42,944 bases of DNA from an uncultured Planctomycetaceae bacterium (GTDB taxonomy: Bacteria; Planctomycetota; Planctomycetia; Planctomycetales; Planctomycetaceae): NCBI GenBank assembly GCA_964459965.1, contig CAYWOV010000001.1, forward strand, positions 1 through 42,944. Direction: 5' to 3'. Below are positions 1 through 8,790 of the stretch, one piece after another. Made by a program: the position numbers and the translations under genes. Each line of letters begins with the position of its first letter. Within the stretch, counting starts at the first letter, position 1. The notes under the pieces were generated by a model. That model was not told the DNA's origin, did no database searches, and was given only the letters and a program-made list of their open reading frames with translations.

Positions 1-198
1 CGCCACCACGGCCACGCTGGCAAACTACCCCACCACGGCCAGCGTGTCGGGGTCCCTTGCAAGCTATTTTCCTTCGTCGGGAACAACGGCCCTTGCGACC
101 ACGGCCAGCCTGTCCAACTATTTTCTTTCGTCCGGCACTCCGGCCTTCGCCACCACGGCCACGCTGGCGAATTATCCCACCACGGCCAGCGTCTCGGG
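1..198 (+). repeat. Copy 2 of a 198-bp perfect direct repeat inside the tail-fibre gene (copy 1 = 42596..42793)
   Basis: Base-by-base comparison: 1-198 is identical to 42596-42793, and the first mismatch is at 199 vs 42794. The offset across the junction is 294 bp, so it is in frame. Confidence 0.95.
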
Positions 199-2509
199 AT
201 CGCTTGGAAGCTATCCCACCACGGCCAGCGTGTCGGGATCCCTCGGAAACTATCTGACCACAGCCGCGGCCAGCAGCACCTACGCGCCGGCCGGCCAGGT
301 GATCGTCACGCACGCCGGCGGCACGCAGACGCCCTACGTCTCGGCCGGCACCACCGACGCCGCCCGCGGCGCGGCACTGACGGCCGCCTTTGCCGCGGCC
401 ACGACGGGAGAGGCGATCGCCATCGGCCCGGGCAGCTATTCCATCAGCTCCTCGCTCTGCATTCAGCAGGGGCAAACCGTGATGCTCAACGGGGCCACGA
501 TCTACAACACGGCCAACGCCAACGACGTCTTTTCCGCCCCCGGCAGCCAATTCACCGGCACGCCCAACTGGCGGCTCTGCGGCAACGGCCAGGTGATCGG
601 CTCCAGCAGCGCCGCGGCCACCACCATCAGCGGCACGGCGACCGGCGCGGCCGTCGCTGCGGCCTCCTGGAGCCCGACGAGTCAATGCGGCCTCCGCGTG
701 GGCGGCCTGGAGGGCAATTTTACCGTCGAAGGCATCAGCTTCGCAAATTTCGGCGGCTGCGGCATTTGCCTCTCCTGCTCCAACGGCGCGGCCGTCGGCT
801 TTCCCATCGTCCGCGGCGTGACGGTGACGAACTGCACCTTCGGCATTTCGCTCCCCAGCGGCGTTTCGGAAGGGGCGGAGTACACCAGCATTTCCTCCTG
901 CGTGCTCTTCGCCAACACGATCAATCTCTACGTCGCCTGCGGGAATTTGGAGACCACGGGCTCGGTCATCAGCAGCGCCGGGCTCTGGGGCGTATACCTC
1001 GACTCGGGCTCAAACGACGGGCATGGACTCCTCAGCGGCTGCGAGATCAACCACAACAATTTGCTCCAGGCCAACGGCGGCGGCGGCATCTATGACGGCG
1101 TCGGCGACAACGGCTTTACCATTTCCGGCTGCCACCTCTTCTACTCGCCCATCACGCTCTACTCCGCCGGCGGCCTGCGCATCATCGGCTGCATCATCGG
1201 CAACACCACCAGCCCCAGCGTGGTTCCCGCGGTCACTTTTTTGGGCGGCTACCCCGACAACGGCGGCTACAACACGATCGAAAACTGCTGGTGGTTCACC
1301 AGCGAGCCCACCTTCAGCGACCAGGCCTACCCGGTCGGCTTGCCGTACCTCACGCTGCGGAACAACCGCACCGGCGCGTCGAATACCAGCACCAGCAACA
1401 CCGTGCAGCCGGCGGCCAGCTTTACGAGCGTGACCGAGACCTCTCCCACGCTCTTGCGCCTCAACCAGGCCGCGCCGCAGACGGTCAGCGGAGGGATGCC
1501 CACCTTCAGCGGCGGCCTGATCGGCAGCCTCTACGATGCGGGCGGCTTTTCCAGCCCGCAGTACCCGGCGGACGACAACGCCAGCACGGGGGTGGTTGCC
1601 GTGCAGTCCTCGACCAGCGTCATCAGCACGGGCGGCGGCAACGACTACTCGCCCGCGCCCTACATGGTCTGGCCGGACAGCAACCTGAACATCAACCAGA
1701 CGGCCATCACCAGCGGCACGGCCGGCTGGATGGCCCCCTGGGGCAACGCCTCGAACCAATGCGTCCATATCGCCTTGCCCGCGCCCGCGGTGATTACCAG
1801 CTTTACCTACGAGAACGGCAACAATCAAAACGGCGGCAACAACGTCTGGGGCGTCAACGGCTACGTCTTGATGGGATCAAATACCCTGGGCACCAGCGCC
1901 GCCTCGGGCTTCAAAGACGTGTCCTTCGCCTCCAGCGCCGATTCGGCCTGGACCACGCTCAGCTCCGGCAGCCTCCAGCAGAACACGGCGACCACGGGAA
2001 GCAACCTGCAATCGATCTCCTTGAGCAACACGGCGGCCTACCAATATTACCGGCTGAAGTGCATCAACAACTTCGGCGACAACAACGGCCTCTGCATCCG
2101 CCGCTTCACGCTCAACACCAGTACGCTGCCGGCGCTGTCGCACGACAGCAGCAACCGCATCCTCTACGCCTCCGGCGGCACCGCGGCGGCCATCAATTAC
2201 GCCAGCGCCGGCACCGTGGCGATCGCCGGCGCCATTGCCCAGACCAGCGCCCCGGCCACGATCAACGGAACCTCCGGATCGCTTACCTGGATCGAGCCCG
2301 ACCAGGGCGCGGCCGACAAGCGGCTGAATGTGTACCTGAACGCCTTCCAGGGATCGGCCACGATCACGTTTCCCACGGCCTTTAGCGCCGCGCCCTACCT
2401 CGATGGCAGTTCGGCGGCCACGGCCGTGGCCACGGCGACCAGCTCGACGTTGACGATTTCGTCCACCGCCTCGGCTGCCAGCGGCTGGATTTTCTTGCGG
2501 GGGAATTAG
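2..2509 (+). CDS. Tail fibre / tailspike (depolymerase-like) protein, C-terminal 835 aa; continuation of 42342..42944
   Basis: The ORF is open to the window start. It has serial fibre repeats of the type ATTAxLxNYPTTASVSGSL. A pectate-lyase-like beta-helix entry follows (AARGAALTAAFAAATTGEAIAIGPGSYSI), then repeated Gly/Asn/Cys rungs. The C-terminal segment is discoidin/galactose-binding-like (YYRLKCINNFGDNNGLCIRRFTL). Confidence 0.7.
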   Translation, partial: ATTATLANYPTTASVSGSLASYFPSSGTTALATTASLSNYFLSSGTPAFATTATLANYPTTASVSGSLGSYPTTASVSGSLGNYLTTAAASSTYAPAGQVIVTHAGGTQTPYVSAGTTDAARGAALTAAFAAATTGEAIAIGPGSYSISSSLCIQQGQTVMLNGATIYNTANANDVFSAPGSQFTGTPNWRLCGNGQVIGSSSAAATTISGTATGAAVAAASWSPTSQCGLRVGGLEGNFTVEGISFANFGGCGICLSCSNGAAVGFPIVRGVTVTNCTFGISLPSGVSEGAEYTSISSCVLFANTINLYVACGNLETTGSVISSAGLWGVYLDSGSNDGHGLLSGCEINHNNLLQANGGGGIYDGVGDNGFTISGCHLFYSPITLYSAGGLRIIGCIIGNTTSPSVVPAVTFLGGYPDNGGYNTIENCWWFTSEPTFSDQAYPVGLPYLTLRNNRTGASNTSTSNTVQPAASFTSVTETSPTLLRLNQAAPQTVSGGMPTFSGGLIGSLYDAGGFSSPQYPADDNASTGVVAVQSSTSVISTGGGNDYSPAPYMVWPDSNLNINQTAITSGTAGWMAPWGNASNQCVHIALPAPAVITSFTYENGNNQNGGNNVWGVNGYVLMGSNTLGTSAASGFKDVSFASSADSAWTTLSSGSLQQNTATTGSNLQSISLSNTAAYQYYRLKCINNFGDNNGLCIRRFTLNTSTLPALSHDSSNRILYASGGTAAAINYASAGTVAIAGAIAQTSAPATINGTSGSLTWIEPDQGAADKRLNVYLNAFQGSATITFPTAFSAAPYLDGSSAATAVATATSSTLTISSTASAASGWIFLRGN

Positions 2510-2511
2510 CG

Positions 2512-3666
2512 ATGGCTGTCGGCGCGCAGTTGGATTACCTCACCGGCGTCAGTGGCGAGACCTGGTATGCGGTCTTTCGCAACAAGCTGGGGCAGCTCTG
2601 GAACGGCTCGGCCTACGTCGCCGAGACCACGCTTTCGACCGCCGGGTTGGCCGCGGCCTATACGTCCGGCGCCGTTTTGCTTCCCGAACTCCTGACCAGC
2701 GACGCGGGCGGCACGGGCCATTACCAGGCCACCGCCATGCCGTCGGCTTGGGCCGACGCGCGGCTCTATCAGGCGGCGCCGTCGCCCGGTGCGGTGATCG
2801 GAGGAGCCGCCTCGCCGGCGGTAATCGCCAACGACGACGGCACCGTCCCCCTGCCGGCCAGCGGCTCCATGCCGGAGAGCGCGAAGACCAACCAATTGCA
2901 GTTCGACGGCGGCGGCAACGTCTACGCCAATACGCCCACGCCGCTTTTGGGCGTGTTGGTTTCCGGAGCAGGCAACGCAGCCTATAACGGCTTCTACTGG
3001 CCCGGCGCGATGAGCCGAAGCGGAGAGGCAAACTACATCCTCACGCCCGGCAGCCCCAGCAGTCCCACCATCAGCGGCAGCGCCGGCGGCTTCGTGCTCA
3101 CCTCGACCGAGCTCGGCGCGCCCGAGTGGACCAACGGCGGCCAATCGGTCTTTGGCAACTATGCGCCCACCTCCGGCGGGGCGACGGGGATCGTGAGCGT
3201 GATTCCGCTGGTGCAGGGCGGCCTGGCCACGGCCAGCAATCAGACGACGATCCTCGACACGCTGGCCACGATCAGCGCGCGCACGAACCTCCTCACCGGC
3301 GGCAATCTGGCATTGGTCAGCGGCATCGGACCCAGCGGCGTGCTGGAGCTGTATAAATACGCTTGGTACGACGAATCAACCGGGTTGATCACCATCACCA
3401 ACCCCGGCAATTGGCCGGCGTTCGCCGCGGGCAGCACGGCCACGCTGGTGATTTGGCAACTCTCCGCGCCCGATACGGCACTGCTGAGCGAGCCCGGCAT
3501 CATCGTCGACGCCAATACCATCACCTTTGCGCCGGCGATTGCCGACATGGCGGTGCTGCAGATCGCGCCCAACCAATATGGCTATGCCGCGATCGTGAAC
3601 CAAGGCGGAGATGCTACCAAGCCCTGGCCGGTGGCCACCGGCGGCGTGGTGGTGGGCCATGGATGA
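2512..3666 (+). CDS. Tail-associated protein (second fibre / receptor-binding accessory), function unknown
   Basis: The ATG lies 3 nt after the fibre stop. The N-terminus (TWYAVFRNKLGQLWNGSAY...GTGHYQATAMP) resembles N-termini I recall from phage fibre-module proteins. High GC3. Confidence 0.55.
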   Translation: MAVGAQLDYLTGVSGETWYAVFRNKLGQLWNGSAYVAETTLSTAGLAAAYTSGAVLLPELLTSDAGGTGHYQATAMPSAWADARLYQAAPSPGAVIGGAASPAVIANDDGTVPLPASGSMPESAKTNQLQFDGGGNVYANTPTPLLGVLVSGAGNAAYNGFYWPGAMSRSGEANYILTPGSPSSPTISGSAGGFVLTSTELGAPEWTNGGQSVFGNYAPTSGGATGIVSVIPLVQGGLATASNQTTILDTLATISARTNLLTGGNLALVSGIGPSGVLELYKYAWYDESTGLITITNPGNWPAFAAGSTATLVIWQLSAPDTALLSEPGIIVDANTITFAPAIADMAVLQIAPNQYGYAAIVNQGGDATKPWPVATGGVVVGHG

Positions 3667-3829
3667 TGTGGGCAATTGCAATACAACCCAGCTAGGGGGG
3701 CGGCAGCCCGGTTCAGTGGCGCGAGCGCGCGCAAAAAAGGTACTTCCAGGCCCCGGCCGGCCGCGAGGTTTCCCACCATGGGGGCGCGCGGCCAACCTAT
3801 AGTCCTTCCTTCCAGATCGAAGCGGTGAA

Positions 3830-4360
3830 ATGCAGATCCGAGATCGGGTAAAAGAACTGCGGCGCGTGCGCGCCGGCGACCTGGCGCCAAACCCCCGGAA
3901 TTGGCGGCCGCACCCGGAAGCACAACAGAATGCGCTGCGGGGCGTGCTGGCCGAGATCGGCTATGCCGACGCGCTTCTTGTCCGGGAGTTGCCAGACGGC
4001 CGGCTGGAAATCGTCGACGGCCACATGCGGGCCGAGACCACGCCCGATGAGATCGTGCCGGTCCTGATTCTGGACCTGGACAACCTCGAGGCCGACAAGT
4101 TGATGCTGGTGCTGGACCCCTTGGCGGCGATGGCCGAGGCGAACAGCCAGTCGCTGGCAAGCCTACTGGGAGAGATCGAGACGCAAAGCCCAGCCATACA
4201 GAAAATGCTCGACGATCTGGCGTTGGAGCACCGCATCAACCTCGAGGCGGAAGGGCTGACCGACCCCGACGAAATCCCCGAACCGCCCGACGAGGCGATC
4301 ACGCATCCCGGAGACCTGTGGATCCTGGGCGATCACCGGTTGTTCTGCGGCGACCTTTGA
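3830..4360 (+). CDS. ParB-like nuclease (ParB N-terminal) domain protein; remnant of a ParB-DNA methyltransferase fusion
   Basis: Has ParB-N hallmarks (LAPNPRNWRPHP, EIVDGHMR). It ends ...GDLWILGDHRLFCGDL-stop, which is the entry motif of the N6/N4 methylase domain in ParB-MTase fusions. No methylase domain follows. Confidence 0.65.
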   Translation: MQIRDRVKELRRVRAGDLAPNPRNWRPHPEAQQNALRGVLAEIGYADALLVRELPDGRLEIVDGHMRAETTPDEIVPVLILDLDNLEADKLMLVLDPLAAMAEANSQSLASLLGEIETQSPAIQKMLDDLALEHRINLEAEGLTDPDEIPEPPDEAITHPGDLWILGDHRLFCGDL

Positions 4361-4565
4361 AATTGGGGTAAGGGTTCAACGCACAAGCACACATGAGCCA
4401 GGTTTTCGGAAACAAAGCAAGCGGAATGCAGAATTCTCGGCCCGGATTGATGTAATTCTTCTGTAATCGGTGGGTTGGAAAAGGCTCGTCGATGACTAAC
4501 CATGGTGCTGATCCACAGCGACGCGGTTCGAAGAAGCCCCGAGCCTCACGGAAGGCACCTAGTGA

Positions 4566-6782
4566 ATGCCGTCATGCTCCCAGCGGCCATCGCTTGAAGC
4601 GGTCAAGGCCGCAAAAAAAAAACTGAAGACGCAGCTCGCGGCCTTGCGGGACCTTGCCGGCCCCGGCTCGACGCGCACCATCGAGGAGATTCGCAGCGAT
4701 GATCGCCAGCGCAAGAAGCAAGAGCGCAAGTCCGCCTCGATCGTGGCGATTCCTCCCTGCGCCAACCGGCGGCGGCGGAATCGACTGGAGAAAGACGATG
4801 CGGCCTGGCTCCGCTGGTATTGCGACGATCCATGCTGGCCGCAGCGGGCCAGGTTTTGGTACGATTTCACCGGCCAGCAATTGGAGATGATTGCGGCCAT
4901 CCGGGAGGCGATTGTGAACGGCGGTGACCAGTCGATCGCGGCGTCGCGCGGCGAGGGGAAGACGAAGCTCTTCGAGCGGACGCTCTTGAAGCACGTCCTC
5001 AGCGGCGCCGTGTCCTTCGCCGTCCTGTTCGGCGCTACCGGCAGCAACGCCGAGGATTCTTTGGATTCGATCAAGCACACGCTCGAGACGGGCGAGCGTC
5101 TGCGTGCCGATTACCCGGAGGTCTGCATCCCGATCGTCTCTCTGGAAAACACGCCGAACCGGGCCCACTACCAGGTTGTCAGCGGCAAGCGCCACGATAA
5201 CGGAAAGCCCTACGAGGGCGTTTCCAGCCGCTTTTCCTGGTGCGGGCGCGAGATCATCCTGCCCCGCGTGCCCGGTTCGCCCTCGGCCGGCGCCATCATC
5301 GCCACCCGCGGCCTGGATGCCGCGGTCCGCGGCCTCAATAAGTTTTCCAGCCGCGTCGACGTGGCCGCCATCGACGATCCGGACACGGAGGAGACGGTCA
5401 ACAACCCGGAGCAGGCCGCCAAGCTGGAAAAGCGGATCGACATGGCGATCGCCGGCCTGGGCGGACAGCAGCGCTCCGTGGCCCGCGTCATGCTGACCAC
5501 GCTGCAGCGCCGCGAGTGCGTCTCGGCCAAGTTCACCGACCCGAAACAAAAGCCCTCCTGGAAGGGCAGGCGTTTCCGTTTCTTAGTAACACCGCCCGAT
5601 CGGCTGGATCTCTGGGAAGAGTACGTTGAGCTGCGGCAACTCGACTTTCAGGGCGACGATCCATTGGCGCGGCGTTCCCACCGGTTTTATGTCGATCGCC
5701 GCGCCGAGATGGACGCCGGCGCCGTGGTGGCCAATCCGCATCGTTACAACGGCGAACTTCTACCCGACGGCAGCCAGACGGAAGTCTCGGCCCTCGAGCG
5801 CTACTACAACGAAGTCGCCCGCATCGGCAAGGAGGCCGTCTCGACCGAATACGACAACGACCCGCCCGAAGAGTCCGGCCCCCAGGAGTCCGGCATCTCC
5901 GCCCGGCGGATCCAACGCCAGGTAAGCGGCTACGATCGCCGCGTGGCGCCTGCGGGCTGCGTGCACCTGGTGCAGGCGATCGACGTGCGGAAGATCGCCC
6001 TGCACTTCGTGGTGCGGGCGTTCCGCGAGGACGGCACCGGTTACACGATCGACTACGGCGTCCAAGACGTCCGCGGCACCACGCAGGGGAGCGACGAGGG
6101 TGTTGACGAGGCCCTCAAGCGGGCGCTTTCGGATCGCCGGGAAACGGTCGAGACGCAGCCCTACCGCGACCCGGATGGAAACCTCGTTCCTGTCGGGCTG
6201 ACGCTCATCGACGCCGGCTGGCGGACCGAGGCGATCTACCAGTGGTGCCTCGAAAACGGCCAGATGCTCTACAAGCCGGCCATGGGCTTCGGGCGTTCGG
6301 CCGGCTGCACGTCGGCCGCCTTCCGCGAGCCCACCAAGACGCAGCACGAGAAGCGCATGGGCCAGCGGTGGTTTTTATCGAAGCGGCCCCGCGGCGTGTG
6401 GCTGGTCTGCACCGACGCCGATTTTTGGAAGTCCTACGAGCACGATCACTGGATGCGCGACCCGGCCAAGCCGGGGGCCCTCTTGCTCTACGGCCACGGC
6501 GATGAAGAGCATCCCGAGCGGATGAGCGACGATCAGAAAAAGCACTTCAGTTATGCAAAACACCTCACGGCCGAAACGGAAGTCGAGGAGGTGGTCAAGG
6601 GCGCGCTGAAGCGTTACTGGAAGTCGAAGAGCGACAGCAACCACTATCTGGACGCCTCCTACATGACGGACGTGGCCGCCACGATGCTGGGCGTGCCGCT
6701 ACTGGGCACGGCGGCCCGGGCGCCCCAGATCGTCACGGCCGGCGAGTGGTTTTCAAGCACAAGCCAGCAGAAAGGACGGTGA
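4566..6782 (+). CDS. terL: Terminase large subunit (GpA / lambda-like)
   Basis: 738 aa. Walker A-like SRGEGKTKL and Walker B-like VDVAAIDDPDTEE. C-terminal nuclease-like LIDAGWRTEAIYQW and HYLDASYM. Size and position are typical of GpA-type TerL. The start is uncertain (see the A10 tract finding). Confidence 0.85.
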   Translation: MPSCSQRPSLEAVKAAKKKLKTQLAALRDLAGPGSTRTIEEIRSDDRQRKKQERKSASIVAIPPCANRRRRNRLEKDDAAWLRWYCDDPCWPQRARFWYDFTGQQLEMIAAIREAIVNGGDQSIAASRGEGKTKLFERTLLKHVLSGAVSFAVLFGATGSNAEDSLDSIKHTLETGERLRADYPEVCIPIVSLENTPNRAHYQVVSGKRHDNGKPYEGVSSRFSWCGREIILPRVPGSPSAGAIIATRGLDAAVRGLNKFSSRVDVAAIDDPDTEETVNNPEQAAKLEKRIDMAIAGLGGQQRSVARVMLTTLQRRECVSAKFTDPKQKPSWKGRRFRFLVTPPDRLDLWEEYVELRQLDFQGDDPLARRSHRFYVDRRAEMDAGAVVANPHRYNGELLPDGSQTEVSALERYYNEVARIGKEAVSTEYDNDPPEESGPQESGISARRIQRQVSGYDRRVAPAGCVHLVQAIDVRKIALHFVVRAFREDGTGYTIDYGVQDVRGTTQGSDEGVDEALKRALSDRRETVETQPYRDPDGNLVPVGLTLIDAGWRTEAIYQWCLENGQMLYKPAMGFGRSAGCTSAAFREPTKTQHEKRMGQRWFLSKRPRGVWLVCTDADFWKSYEHDHWMRDPAKPGALLLYGHGDEEHPERMSDDQKKHFSYAKHLTAETEVEEVVKGALKRYWKSKSDSNHYLDASYMTDVAATMLGVPLLGTAARAPQIVTAGEWFSSTSQQKGR

Positions 6783-6786
6783 ACTT

Positions 6787-7164
6787 GTGAGCGATTTTCC
6801 AAAGACCGACATTCGGGTCTTCCAAAGCCCGGTCGATCCGGCCAGGCCGATCGCTCTCTATATTTCGCAGCGCCACTACGAAAGCGACACGCCCAGCGGA
6901 GTCACATTCTTCCAGCAATACATCGGCCCGGGAGCGGAGCGTCCCTGTGCCGCCAGGCTTTCGTTGGAAGAGGCGCAGGGCCTGCTGGATTCGCTCTGGC
7001 AGGCCGGGCTTCGGCCGGCGGAGGCCTCCGGCTCGACCGGCCAGTTGGCCGCCACCGTGCGGCATCTCGAGGACATGCGGGCGATCGCGTTTTGCAAAAC
7101 CGACGTCTGTTTGCCTGAAGAGGCGCGCGCGTGTCGCACAAGCCAGATAGGATTCACCCCATGA
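6787..7164 (+). CDS. Hypothetical protein
   Basis: GTG start 5 nt after the terminase stop. Ordinary amino-acid composition and an ATGA overlap with the next ORF. Confidence 0.5.
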   Translation: MSDFPKTDIRVFQSPVDPARPIALYISQRHYESDTPSGVTFFQQYIGPGAERPCAARLSLEEAQGLLDSLWQAGLRPAEASGSTGQLAATVRHLEDMRAIAFCKTDVCLPEEARACRTSQIGFTP

Positions 7165-7463
7165 CGATAGCTTTCTGCGCAGGCGTGGCCGTCGGCCTGT
7201 TGTTAATGCTGGCGGCCCTCCGCTTCTCCCGCGCGGCCTGCCGCTGGTCCGGCATCGAGCGGGCGGTCCTCGACGCCTGGTACGACGACGAATACGGCAC
7301 GCCCTGCCAGACAGAAAGCCGGCCACCTTCAGACGAGGAGGTCGCCGCGATCGTGCACGACGGTTGGCCGGAGTTTCTTGCTTTGGCGGGCAACCTCGGC
7401 AGAGAGGCGATCGCCAAGCGCGCCAGAATGATTGATTTCCGAATTTTGGATCCATCAAAGTGA
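7161..7463 (+). CDS. Hypothetical membrane protein
   Basis: The ATG overlaps the upstream stop (ATGA). One N-terminal TM segment (IAFCAGVAVGLLLMLAALRF). Confidence 0.5.
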   Translation: MTIAFCAGVAVGLLLMLAALRFSRAACRWSGIERAVLDAWYDDEYGTPCQTESRPPSDEEVAAIVHDGWPEFLALAGNLGREAIAKRARMIDFRILDPSK

Positions 7464-7473
7464 GAGCGGTGAG

Positions 7474-7926
7474 ATGAGAATTGCAGAAGATTCGCAGGAC
7501 GATCGGCAGCCAGGCGGCCGCGGCGACGAGCCGCCTGAGATGGTCTATGTCTGGACGCTCTCGGCGATCGTCGCCGCCGGCCGGACCCTCTTGACCTCCA
7601 ACCGCAGCGGCCCGTTTGCCGGCTTCGAGGTCGCCCAGGACGTGGCCCGCGATTTCGCCGCCAAACCGGCCGTGCTGGCGGTCTCCATCGAGCCGGAGGA
7701 ACAAGAGGACTTCACGCGAAGCCGCGGACGCGCGGAGCAACCGGCCAGGGCAGCGGATGGCTGGCCAGTCCTCAGCGAAGAACAGGAGGCGGGAATCGAA
7801 GCGCTCTTTCTCCTCCTGGCCGGCGACCGCAGCCTGGCCACTTATGTGAAGAACTATCTCGACCGCTTGGGCGTGTGGAAGCGGTACGAGGACCGGTTTC
7901 TCGACCTGTTCAGTAAGAAGTATTAG
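7474..7926 (+). CDS. Hypothetical protein
   Basis: ATG at 7474 inside track ORF 7432..7926. The C-terminus has normal composition (YVKNYLDRLGVWKRYEDRFLDLFSKKY). Confidence 0.5.
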   Translation: MRIAEDSQDDRQPGGRGDEPPEMVYVWTLSAIVAAGRTLLTSNRSGPFAGFEVAQDVARDFAAKPAVLAVSIEPEEQEDFTRSRGRAEQPARAADGWPVLSEEQEAGIEALFLLLAGDRSLATYVKNYLDRLGVWKRYEDRFLDLFSKKY

Positions 7927-8055
7927 ACAAAAACGCGACTGATTGATCCAACGACAAAAAATGATTTCACTAAATCACTGCCTGCGCCGGAGATGCCCAA
8001 CAAATTGTCTCACGCCAAGGCGCAGAGACGCAAACCAAACAAGAGGAACCTTGCG

Positions 8056-8316
8056 ATGAGCTGGTGCTTTGGAGCGATCGGAACGCCCGCGCGCGTGGCC
8101 GCGGCGTTGGAAGCCCATAGGGAATATTCCCACGAATCCCAGGCCGAATTCGAGGAGGCGAAGCCGCACTTGGTTGCATTGCTCCGCCTGAATTTCAACG
8201 AGCCCCCTTGCGCTATCAGGCTGGAGGCCTCCGGCCACGCCGCCAGGCAGGCCGGCGTCAAGATCTACGGCTCGGTCCAGGTGCGCATCGAGCCGCTCGG
8301 GATGCAGATGGTGTGA
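8056..8316 (+). CDS. Hypothetical protein
   Basis: ATG preceded by AAGAGGA. The part of track ORF 7993.. upstream of it is a family-A repeat. Confidence 0.5.
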   Translation: MSWCFGAIGTPARVAAALEAHREYSHESQAEFEEAKPHLVALLRLNFNEPPCAIRLEASGHAARQAGVKIYGSVQVRIEPLGMQMV

Positions 8317-8381
8317 CGTCCGCGGAACGTCGCCAATTGGCGACAGCCCCGACCCCGGCGCCTTTGTGTGAGACCTGCCCG

Positions 8382-8762
8382 ATGAGCGTCCTTCCCCCTT
8401 CCGTCCTCCGCCCTCCGCCTTCGGACGTCTGCGGTCCGCCCTGCATCCGCTGCGGCTGCGCCGAGACCAAGGTGCTGAAGGAGCCGGCGGAAAACGAGTG
8501 GTTCCCGTCCGGGCGGGCCCGCTGCCGCTGCTGCGGCCAGGAGTTCGGTTTCGGCCGAGCGGAGGAGGAGGAAGAAAATAAGCCGGAGGGCGGAGGGCGA
8601 AGGGCGGAAGGAGGCCGGGGAGAAAAGATTCAGGAAGTGCCCGTGCGATGTCCCTGCTGCAATTCGATGAATAACGCCGTGACTGGCACCAAGGGCCGGC
8701 TGCGCTCGCGACGCTGCGGCGACTGCGGGGCCACCTTTCAAAGCATCCGACCAGAACGATAA
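8382..8762 (+). CDS. Double zinc-ribbon protein
   Basis: Two CxxC...CxxC pairs (CIRCGC...CRCC and CPCC...CGDC). They are separated by an acidic and Gly/Arg linker that is encoded by a family-C repeat. Confidence 0.55.
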   Translation: MSVLPPSVLRPPPSDVCGPPCIRCGCAETKVLKEPAENEWFPSGRARCRCCGQEFGFGRAEEEEENKPEGGGRRAEGGRGEKIQEVPVRCPCCNSMNNAVTGTKGRLRSRRCGDCGATFQSIRPER

Positions 8763-8790
8763 CCCAACCAAGAACGAGGAGAAACTAGCC

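Noticed and set aside
3667-4565. A small terminase subunit gene upstream of terL.
   Set aside because: No ORF of suitable size or HTH-like sequence exists between the fibre-like gene and terL, apart from the ParB-like ORF. The mini-ORFs at 4394..4456 and 4492..4626 are too short or of doubtful coding quality. I therefore make no TerS call.
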